A stretch of DNA of 63,684 nt, the filler included, from Stramenopiles sp. TOSAG23-2 (taxonomy: Eukaryota): NCBI GenBank assembly GCA_900128395.1. It is 10 parts of 10 records of this genome, joined end to end, with 100 filler letters (N's around TTAATTAATTAA, not from the genome) between each part and the next. Parts side by side here need not be neighbours in the genome. Positions count along the whole stretch, not along the records: positions 55,434 to 62,212 come from LT650406.1; positions 62,313 to 63,684 come from LT653058.1; 8 more parts are not named here. The stretch is one strand, 5' to 3'. A program made the translations under genes and the position numbers. The notes below the pieces were generated by a model. That model had not been told where the DNA came from and ran no database searches. It saw only the letters and a list, made by a program, of their open reading frames with translations. Of the stretch, positions 55,434 to 63,684 are shown in pieces (the first letter of the stretch is position 1; each line of letters begins with the position of its first letter).

Positions 55434-56079
55434 GGGAGTGGGCGTCGTGTTTTTCCAAGTGGGCCATGTTGATCGCAAACTATTTGTAATATCTTAAGCA
55501 TCGTCCTGCCTGTCCAGTCTGCTCCTTGGAAATTCCCCCTCTTTTTTTTCCTGAGATGAAAAAAATTCCCAGCACGGTTTTCAATATTATGTATTATCAT
55601 ACATGTAGCTAGTAAAAATAAAGTCTGTTTTATAATTATTATTGTAATTGTAAGGTGCTATAAGCCTGTAGTATTAATAATAGTAAGTATAATGTATAAT
55701 AGTTACATTATAGTTTTACTGTAGCAACTGTAGTATAAACAACTATAAAACGCATCATTGCTGGAAATCATCTGGAAATCTCACAGCTGTGGGAAGACCT
55801 GGAAGACTGGAAGACTAGCTTCTTCGCGAAGAAGCGTCGAGCAAGGGTGCCAAGCTCGAAGACTCTGCGCTTTTTGCCAGAGCAACCAGAGTATAATAAT
55901 TACACACCAGGCACATCGTGCAAACCAGGAGGTAAAGAAGATGAATAAAAGATATTTACTTTTATATAAAAGAAGAAAAACACAACAAAACAAATTTATG
56001 TATAGACGAATATAACAAACTATCAAAGAGTTGGAAATTAACTTATAAATATTAGTCTTCTCTTTTCTGACAAAAAAAT

Positions 56080-57000
56080 ATGTATAAACCCAAACATAAA
56101 AAGCGTACAGTACCACCTCGCTCGACTTCAACAACAAAAACAACAAAAAGAACCATCACACGGAACAATGATATAAATATACAACATCGACCAATGTTAT
56201 TTAAGAAACGTATACTACCAAAATGTCAAAACAACATCAAAAAGATGCAAAGGAAAATAAAAGAGATTGATAAATACAAGAAAAGGATACAATTAGTAAA
56301 CAAGGTTATAAAAAAATTGATGCAACATATGATATTATTAGTAAAACGTCGTCATTTAAAATTGTGTTTAATGATCATATTGAAGAAAGATGACTTCAAT
56401 TCCCTTGAACAGTTTCGAAATAAGTTACAATTTATTTTACAATATAAAAAAACAGAATTTGCTTCTTACTCCAACCAAATCTATTTATTGGAAGAAGAAA
56501 GACAAAAAAGAAAAAAGAAAATAGTCGACATAATTAAAGGTATAAGTGGTTTAAGACAGGATATGCATAGCAAAAAAACTGTCTTTGAAACAGAAAGGAA
56601 AGCAATTTTGACTGAATATGAAAATATAATATTATTAACACAGCTTCATGAGGTAAATGGTTATGACAGCGATGAGTATGATGAGTATGATGATTATTTT
56701 AATAATAGTAGTATTAATAGTAGTTATCATAAGGAAAGCAAACGTAAAAAAAATAGGTATAGATCAATGGAGCAAGAACAACAAGTCAAAAAATGGAGAG
56801 CGGACATAAATTCATCTTTAAGTAATAAATATCAACATTTAATCAAAAAAGAAGAAGATCGATGTAATAATAAAATTGCATCTATGCGAAACAAATTAAT
56901 TGAAAAATCAGAAACTCAATTAGAAATTATGACTCGTAAATTGCAAATGGAATGTAAAAAAATAAAAGAAGAAATAGAGAGGCTTCAAAACGAACAATAA
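56080..57000 (+). CDS. Basic coiled-coil hypothetical protein
   Basis: 306-aa ATG-initiated ORF, K/E/R-rich helical composition; no family recognised. Confidence 0.55.
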   Translation: MYKPKHKKRTVPPRSTSTTKTTKRTITRNNDINIQHRPMLFKKRILPKCQNNIKKMQRKIKEIDKYKKRIQLVNKVIKKLMQHMILLVKRRHLKLCLMIILKKDDFNSLEQFRNKLQFILQYKKTEFASYSNQIYLLEEERQKRKKKIVDIIKGISGLRQDMHSKKTVFETERKAILTEYENIILLTQLHEVNGYDSDEYDEYDDYFNNSSINSSYHKESKRKKNRYRSMEQEQQVKKWRADINSSLSNKYQHLIKKEEDRCNNKIASMRNKLIEKSETQLEIMTRKLQMECKKIKEEIERLQNEQ

Positions 57001-57182
57001 TCAACCATGCAAAAAACAACACACAATTAATAAAAGCATGTGGTGGTGGTGGTGGTGGTGGTGGTGGTAGGAAGTAATGAATATTTGAAAATATTATAAT
57101 ATATATAAAATGTTCTCTTACTCATATATATATTATATAAATTTCTTTTACTCCCGTTCATTAACATCTCAAATCAAAAATG

Positions 57183-57313
57183 NNNNNNNNNNNNNNNNNN
57201 NNNNNNNNNNNNNNNNNNNNNNNNNNNNNNNNNNNNNNNNNNNNNNNNNNNNNNNNNNNNNNNNNNNNNNNNNNNNNNNNNNNNNNNNNNNNNNNNNNNN
57301 NNNNNNNNNNNNN
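57183..57313. other. Within-scaffold sequencing gap (131 N, no linker core)
   Basis: N-run lacking TTAATTAATTAA, showing these sequences were scaffolded. Confidence 0.95.
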
Positions 57314-57594
57314 ATTTATAAAGTTTAGTAAAAATTATTTAGTATTCAAAAGATTGTTCCTCTGTCTGTGAGTCATTATATATACGAATATAATATTATA
57401 CCAAAAATGTAATTTTGAATAATGATACACATAATACGGAGAGAAGACATCATCAGAATAAGAGTGTAAAGTTATGCTCAGTACTATTGATTCTATTATT
57501 AAATATACGTGTTAAAAATATACGAACTTCGCATATATTTTATATGTACGAAAAAAATACGAAGTTCGTAATATAACACGACGTATTTTGATTT

Positions 57595-59745
57595 TTACTC
57601 AACATTCATTACACCATTACCACGTATGTCGCTACTACTTGAACCAATGAAAATATTTGCTTTACCGACTTTCAACGACCATGATTTTGAATCAACATTC
57701 CAATATGATAAATCACGATCTGTTAATGTCAATGTTGCAGTAATAGATTCACCAGGGCGTAAATAATACTTTTCAAACCCTTTCAATTGTTTAACAGGCT
57801 CTTCGCGTTGATCCGAACCAAATTTTTGATCACTAAAACCAACATATAGTTGTACAACTTCACTTCCATACACTTCTCCTGTATTTGTAATATCACATGA
57901 TATGGTACGCCCACTGATTGATAGTTTTCCATATGAAAATGTCGTATATGATAAACCATGTCCAAATGAATATTTTGGTGTTACTTTATGTTTGTCGTAC
58001 CACCTGTAGCCGAAGAAAAAGCCTTCCGTATATGTTGCATTTCCTGCATTATCCAGGCCAGGATATTGTGATTCTGTCATTTCTTGTTCATTTTCTTTAT
58101 TTGGGAAAGTCAATGGTAATTTTCCACTTGGATTAACTTCACCAAAAATGACATTAGTGATAGCATCACCCATTGCTTGGCCTGGCATAAAATTCAATAA
58201 CATACCATGTAATCTATCAGACCATGGTGTCAGTACTGCACCTGGGGTTGACATGACTAATATTTTTTTGAAAAATTTACCTTCAACTGCACTCCATTTG
58301 GTAACCATTTCTTCTTGGCTTGTACCAAATGTTAAATTTGTACGATCACTACCTTCAGAACTTGTAGTTTGGATAAATAATATTGCAGCATCAAATTCAC
58401 TCGAAACTGATGGTGGTGGAGAATCAGTTCCATCATAATATGTAACACAATTACCATTTCCAGCATTACAATTGGAGGAACCACTAGTTGAACCGTCGAT
58501 TCTTTCAACGCCAAGTATATCACAGATGGACCATAATGGTGGTTTCACCCAAGCTGGTACTACTTCCCCAGATCCACCACCATGTACAATTGGGTTCCAT
58601 GCTTGTGTACCAACAATAGCAACTTTCAGATTATGAGCTTTTAATGGCAATGCCTCTTCATCGTTTTTCAGCAAGATGGTACTGTTTTCTGATAATTCTC
58701 TAGCAATTTCAACATGTTCAACACTTGTTACATTATTGCTGATTTCATTTGGATTTGGATTATCAAATGTTCCAACTTGAAAGAATGGTGTCAAAATTCG
58801 TACCACCGTGTCATCGATAATATATTGTGGAATTGTTTTTAAACTTTCTTGATTAAATGATTTATTCAAGGGCATTTCTTGATCTAATCCTTGTTCAATC
58901 GATAAGGAATGCGTAGCACCCCAATCTGACATGACATAACCTTTAAAACCCATTCTAGTTTTAAGATCTGTCATCAATGTACTATTGTTTTCACATGACC
59001 ATATATGATTGATTTTATTATAGCTACACATCATAGATCCTACACCTGCTTCAATTGCACCTTTAAATGGTGGATAATACATTTCAAATCTTGTCCGCTC
59101 ATCAACATTTTCTGAGACAAAATGTCGATTGGTCTCTTGATTATTATTGACATAATGTTTTGCATTTGCAACTACTTGTTGACCTTGTATTGCATTAATG
59201 ACTGGTTGCACTAAAATATAGCCTAAATGTGGATCTTCACCAGATAAATATTCGAAATTTCTTCCATTTCTTGGTATACGTGCAACACAGACACCAGGAC
59301 CAAGTTGAACATTTGCACCTTTATCAAAAAACTCTTTTCCCATTGCTTCCCCCCATGTTCGCATTGTTTCTGTATCCCATGAAGCAGCGACAGTTAAACC
59401 AGAAGGCCATGCTGTCGTCGAGCCTAACATTGCATTATCACGAAATCCTTGTGGACCGTCGTTGTACTTTAAGGCAGGGATATTTAATCTTGGTATAGCA
59501 GGTACATTACCTACGTATTTTGCATGTTTGTTTGCATCACCAGTACCATACAACATAGAGCGCTTCTCTTCTGATGTCATACGACTCATCAATATTCTTG
59601 CACGTTGCTCTGGTGATGATTGTGCATTCATCCACGGATCTGCTGCTAAATTCTTGTTATTATTATTATTATTGGCTGAGACATTAGTAACTGCTACTAA
59701 TATTGATAATAATAAAATACATATCTTTGTCATTATTAATTTCAT
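57595..59745 (-). CDS. Secreted glycoside hydrolase family 3 (beta-glucosidase-like) with Fn3-like C-terminal domain
   Basis: Signal peptide; DGPQGFR, GRNFEY, AKHY, MCSYN, nucleophile motif VMSDWGA, SEGSDR, NPSGKLP, FGHGLSYT, EVVQLY and LKGFEK. Confidence 0.95.
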   Translation of the reverse strand: MKLIMTKICILLLSILVAVTNVSANNNNNNKNLAADPWMNAQSSPEQRARILMSRMTSEEKRSMLYGTGDANKHAKYVGNVPAIPRLNIPALKYNDGPQGFRDNAMLGSTTAWPSGLTVAASWDTETMRTWGEAMGKEFFDKGANVQLGPGVCVARIPRNGRNFEYLSGEDPHLGYILVQPVINAIQGQQVVANAKHYVNNNQETNRHFVSENVDERTRFEMYYPPFKGAIEAGVGSMMCSYNKINHIWSCENNSTLMTDLKTRMGFKGYVMSDWGATHSLSIEQGLDQEMPLNKSFNQESLKTIPQYIIDDTVVRILTPFFQVGTFDNPNPNEISNNVTSVEHVEIARELSENSTILLKNDEEALPLKAHNLKVAIVGTQAWNPIVHGGGSGEVVPAWVKPPLWSICDILGVERIDGSTSGSSNCNAGNGNCVTYYDGTDSPPPSVSSEFDAAILFIQTTSSEGSDRTNLTFGTSQEEMVTKWSAVEGKFFKKILVMSTPGAVLTPWSDRLHGMLLNFMPGQAMGDAITNVIFGEVNPSGKLPLTFPNKENEQEMTESQYPGLDNAGNATYTEGFFFGYRWYDKHKVTPKYSFGHGLSYTTFSYGKLSISGRTISCDITNTGEVYGSEVVQLYVGFSDQKFGSDQREEPVKQLKGFEKYYLRPGESITATLTLTDRDLSYWNVDSKSWSLKVGKANIFIGSSSSDIRGNGVMNVE

Positions 59746-59956
59746 ATCAATTATATCTTATATATATATATATTAACACAATTTTATTATTCTATGTTTG
59801 ATACTATCAATTATATCTTGTATATATGTTATAACAATTTTATTATTCTGTGTTTGATACTATCACTTATATCTTATATATATTATATGTTATAACAATT
59901 TTATTATTCTATGTTTGATACTATCACTTACATCTTATATATATCATATGTTATAA
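59745..59956. repeat. Degenerate minisatellite, about 56-61 bp unit, about 3.6 copies
   Basis: Units TATCA(A/C)TTA(T/C)ATCTT...(TA)n...ACAATTTTATTATTCT(A/G)TGTTTGATAC with substitutions and variable TA tracts. Confidence 0.9.
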
Positions 59957-60288
59957 CTATGATGATGTGCTTGATTGATATTTATTTATTACGTGCACCA
60001 ATTTATATATATTCGCGAAAAAAGATCCAAATAGCAGGCGCATAGCATTAGGAATTAGTTATTTATAATAAAAAAGATATTTTTTTTTTATTTATTACGC
60101 GCGCCTTTTTGCAACCCATTGTTGGCCAGTTGGCAGCAGGGGTTGCATTGCCATTTTTTTATTATTTTTATCCGGATAATCAAATAAAGACTCATCAAAT
60201 AAAAGAAAAACTATATAGATCTATCGATATATATGTATATATATATATATATAAAAAGATAAAGTATACGATATATAATTTAAAAAGC

Positions 60289-61980
60289 ATGAAAAGAATG
60301 ACGATGATGCTTGTACAATATCACTTTCTCTTTCTTTATATAATTCCAATAATAGTCATTGCACGACGTGCACCGAAGGATAGGCCAAATTTAATATTAT
60401 CGTTTGTTGATGATTTAGGCTATGGAGACGTGGGCTTCAATGGGCATCCTACAACAAATACACCAAATTTAGATTATTATGCAATAAAAGGACGTAGATT
60501 TACAACATGGTATTCTGGTTATCCCGTTTGTTCTGCATCTCGTACTGCTTTATTAACAGGAAGGCAACCGCCACGTGTTGGGATGCCTGGTGTAATAAAT
60601 AGTTTGGGAATAGAAGGTTTACCATTAAATGAAGTAACAATAGCAAATCATTTGAAAAAAGAGAAACACTATAAAACACTAATATTAGGTAAATGGCATC
60701 AAGGACAACGTGCAGAATATTTACCTAAAGCTCGTGGCTTTGATGCATTTTACGGTTTACCATATTCAGTCGATGATGGTATTGGATATACATCAAATTG
60801 TACGAATGATATGGAGATAATAAATAATAATAATGATGGTGATAATGAGATTAGAATGATGGAACAAAAAATATTACATACGAAAAAAAAAAATAAAACT
60901 CGTTTCGGATTAGGGCCTGAAATACCTCTTCCGCTTGTGCAACAGTTACCAAATGAAGAATCATATGGGACTATCTTACAACAACCAACAGATTTAATAC
61001 CGTTAAGTGCAAATATGTTAGATTTTTTTAAAAATACAACTACATTATGGCGTGATGAACCATTCTTTGCATATGTTGCTCATCCACATGTACATACTGC
61101 AACAAAAAATATACAAGAACTTGGACCATATAAGCAATATGTTGGTTGTAAATTTAAAAATGCTACTTTGCGTGGTGGTTATGGTGATGCATTGGCAGAA
61201 GTTGATTGGATGTTTGGTGAGATGATTCATCATATTGAAGATTTAGGATTGGCTAACAATACATTATTTTTATTTGTATCTGATAATGGCCCAGCTATGC
61301 GACAAATGGAAGGTGGTGGATCTGTTGGACCTTTTAGTGGTAATTATCCACCATATCGAAATGTGGGTAAAGGTAGTACATGGGAAGGTGGATTGCGGAT
61401 GCCAGCATTTGCATATTGGCCAGGACAAGTAAAAGCATATTCAAAAACAGCGGCAACATTATCTACATTAGATATTTTGCCAACCTTTGTTTCATTATCT
61501 GGTAGTGAAAATGACAAGGTTCGAAAAATCAATAATATAGTGTTGGATGGTATAGATTTTAGTGAAGTGTTATTATCTCCATCTCGTATTATACCAGGTT
61601 GGAGAAAAGATAAACTTTTACCATTTTGGAATGGAGGAGATTATTCAAAACCTGGTACTGATATATTTGCTGGACGTTTTAATGAATTTAAAATACACTG
61701 GATTACGACACAAGGTTTAATTTTTGATGGCACACATAAATTAAATTATACCCAACGACATGATCCTCCATTAATCTTCAATGTTGAAGTAGATCCACAA
61801 GAAACATATCCAGTCACTTTATCGCAAGATGTAATGAATATGATTGAATTGCAAAAAAAAGAATTAACATTTATTCCAAATGCCATTGATCCAACTTTTG
61901 ATATGAAATATGCATTATGTTGCAATCGAAAGACAAACTGTACTTGTACTACACCAATGCCTATAGAAAAAGTTTTGTAA
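60289..61980 (+). CDS. Secreted/lysosomal arylsulfatase (S1 formylglycine-dependent family)
   Basis: Signal peptide, PNLILSFVDDLGYGD, CSASRTALLTGR, GKWHQG, SDNGP, GKGSTWEGGLR, DILPT, LDG, DPQE and a Cys-rich C-terminus. First ATG at 60289. Confidence 0.93.
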   Translation: MKRMTMMLVQYHFLFLYIIPIIVIARRAPKDRPNLILSFVDDLGYGDVGFNGHPTTNTPNLDYYAIKGRRFTTWYSGYPVCSASRTALLTGRQPPRVGMPGVINSLGIEGLPLNEVTIANHLKKEKHYKTLILGKWHQGQRAEYLPKARGFDAFYGLPYSVDDGIGYTSNCTNDMEIINNNNDGDNEIRMMEQKILHTKKKNKTRFGLGPEIPLPLVQQLPNEESYGTILQQPTDLIPLSANMLDFFKNTTTLWRDEPFFAYVAHPHVHTATKNIQELGPYKQYVGCKFKNATLRGGYGDALAEVDWMFGEMIHHIEDLGLANNTLFLFVSDNGPAMRQMEGGGSVGPFSGNYPPYRNVGKGSTWEGGLRMPAFAYWPGQVKAYSKTAATLSTLDILPTFVSLSGSENDKVRKINNIVLDGIDFSEVLLSPSRIIPGWRKDKLLPFWNGGDYSKPGTDIFAGRFNEFKIHWITTQGLIFDGTHKLNYTQRHDPPLIFNVEVDPQETYPVTLSQDVMNMIELQKKELTFIPNAIDPTFDMKYALCCNRKTNCTCTTPMPIEKVL

Positions 61981-62212
61981 AAAAAAATGTAAAAATATTT
62001 ATAAACTTTATATTCGTAAAATAAAAAGAAATAAAAGCTTTCTTGTGTCATATTAATTATTAGATTAATAAAATATGTAAGCTTTGGACACGGATAATAC
62101 AAAAAAATCCAAAAATAGCCAATAGTTATTTTGATGAATAAACTAAGAATATCCGATTTTTTGTAATATCCAATACCTCTCTATCAAATATACATAAATT
62201 AGTATACTAAAA

Positions 62213-62312
62213 NNNNNNNNNNNNNNNNNNNNNNNNNNNNNNNNNNNNNNNNNNNNTTAATTAATTAANNNNNNNNNNNNNNNNNNNNNNNNNNNNNNNN
62301 NNNNNNNNNNNN
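62213..62312. other. Artificial contig spacer
   Basis: N44-TTAATTAATTAA-N44. Confidence 0.99.
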
Positions 62313-63503
62313 TTAGGGCAGATATTGAACCGTGGGGAAATGAGAGCATTTATTGACTTATATGTGGAACGTGGTGCATTTGACGATGATGAAGGGAAAG
62401 TTATGGTAGGTGCATTGTCGTACAAAGATAAATGTGCAAGGGATGTTATGACGCCATTTAACAAAGTGGATCATCTGAAAGATACAGATAAATTAGACTT
62501 TGCTACTTTATCGAAAATTTTTAAAAGTGGTTTTAGTCGTTTACCAGTATTCAGTGGACATGGAGATCGCTGGGAGGATGTATGCGGTATGTTGTTGACG
62601 AAAGATTTAATTATGATTGATCCAGAAGAAGCTCATAATGTGATGGCAGCTGTACAATTATTCAGCAGACAAGTGGGGCGTTGTTATCCAGATACAAAAT
62701 TGAGCGAAGTGTTGAAAGATTTTAAAAGCGGAGAGAGCCATATGTCCATCGTATGCGAAGTAAATAATAAAGGGGATGGAGATCCGTTTTACGAAATGGT
62801 AGGTGTCGTAACGATGGAAGACATTATTGAAGAAATTTTACAAACGGAAATTGTTGATGAGACGGATGTATACGTTCATATGGAACATGGTGATAAAGTT
62901 GAAAGAGATTCATTTGATTTTGCACGATTGCGTTTATTGGATTCAACCATGACACAGTCAATGAGTAAATCAGAGCTGAGGGCTGTTAGTGTTCATTTAA
63001 GTGCAAATGTCAATGCATTTAAAAACCCGAAATTAACGAGTGATGCAATGATTTGGATGTTAAACAATTCAAGCGTATTGGATATTAAATTTGAACCTGG
63101 ACAAAATAACAAAGATAAGTCCAAAATTTTGTATCGAAGGGAGAAAGTGGATACGTTTTTTACATTGATTTTGAGTGGTAAGATTGAAATTTTAGCCGGG
63201 CGGGATGGTGTACACGTTGAATACGGCGCGTTCCAATGCTTAGGGGAATCAGCTTTGTTAGTAGCAGAAGGGGAATATAAGCCCGACTTTACTGCGAATA
63301 TAGTGGAAAATGTTAGATGTTTAAGAATATCACGAGCTATTTATGCGAAAGGTTTGGTATTTGCAGAATCAAATGGTAATCCTGAATTGATAGAAATGCG
63401 TCGACGTTTGAGTTCAAAAGATAAAAGAGAACTGGCTACTAGTATTGATAAGGAAGAACAGAAGTTAGAGGTTGCCAAGGATAAAGGTGATGATAATGTG
63501 TAA
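62313..63503 (+). CDS. CNNM: CNNM/CorB-family metal (Mg2+) transporter, CBS pair + CNBH domain; 5' truncated
   Basis: GALSYKDKCARDVMTP, SGFSRLPV, FKSGESHMSIV, GDPFYEMVGVVTMEDIIEEILQTEIVDETD and FTLILSGKIEI. The frame is open from the contig edge; the membrane DUF21 part is missing. Confidence 0.9.
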   Translation, partial: LGQILNRGEMRAFIDLYVERGAFDDDEGKVMVGALSYKDKCARDVMTPFNKVDHLKDTDKLDFATLSKIFKSGFSRLPVFSGHGDRWEDVCGMLLTKDLIMIDPEEAHNVMAAVQLFSRQVGRCYPDTKLSEVLKDFKSGESHMSIVCEVNNKGDGDPFYEMVGVVTMEDIIEEILQTEIVDETDVYVHMEHGDKVERDSFDFARLRLLDSTMTQSMSKSELRAVSVHLSANVNAFKNPKLTSDAMIWMLNNSSVLDIKFEPGQNNKDKSKILYRREKVDTFFTLILSGKIEILAGRDGVHVEYGAFQCLGESALLVAEGEYKPDFTANIVENVRCLRISRAIYAKGLVFAESNGNPELIEMRRRLSSKDKRELATSIDKEEQKLEVAKDKGDDNV

Positions 63504-63684
63504 AAAAAGGAACAAAACATGGGGTGTGTGTGCGTAAAAAATTCATATTTTTGAAAACATATACGAACCTTCGTACAAGCGCAGTTCGCTAGTTCGCTTC
63601 ATCTTAATATCATTAAGACTATCATATATATATTAATATATGATTTGATATGATATAAATTCTAAATAATAATAGAATTATTAT

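Overview
This is AT-rich, intron-poor eukaryotic nuclear DNA, not a prokaryotic chromosome and not one contiguous locus. It is ten separate contigs joined by artificial 100-bp spacers (N44-TTAATTAATTAA-N44) and sorted by decreasing length (6845, 6841, 6838, 6831, 6829, 6822, 6816, 6811, 6779 bp, then a partial one), so gene order across spacers means nothing. Gene content suggests a protist; a heterotrophic flagellate from a single-cell or metagenomic assembly is an inference. Recognisable genes: MYND-finger protein, SGNH-like hydrolase, two large kinesins, clathrin light chain, a divergent transketolase-like enzyme, PP2C, EF-hand protein, a two-exon bacterial-type PEP carboxylase, GH59, a DKNYY-repeat secreted protein, a BSD/DUF1853 fusion, an EDR2-C protein, RRP42, a YHYH protein, TPR and PGP-repeat/ankyrin proteins, an SLC17 transporter, GH3, an S1 sulfatase and a CNNM transporter. 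Best candidates for novelty are the putatively myristoylated BSD + DUF1853 (PD-(D/E)XK-like) fusion and a kinesin with four MIU/UIM-like tail motifs lying head-to-head with clathrin light chain. Also notable are a His-to-Trp substituted compact transketolase, a divergent GH3/sulfatase pair and small transposon-like ends. Twelve 93-132 bp tandem duplications, a 55-bp inverted contig-end copy and two homopolymer frameshifts are most likely assembly or amplification artefacts that split real genes. All domain calls are from motif recognition by eye; no searches were run.
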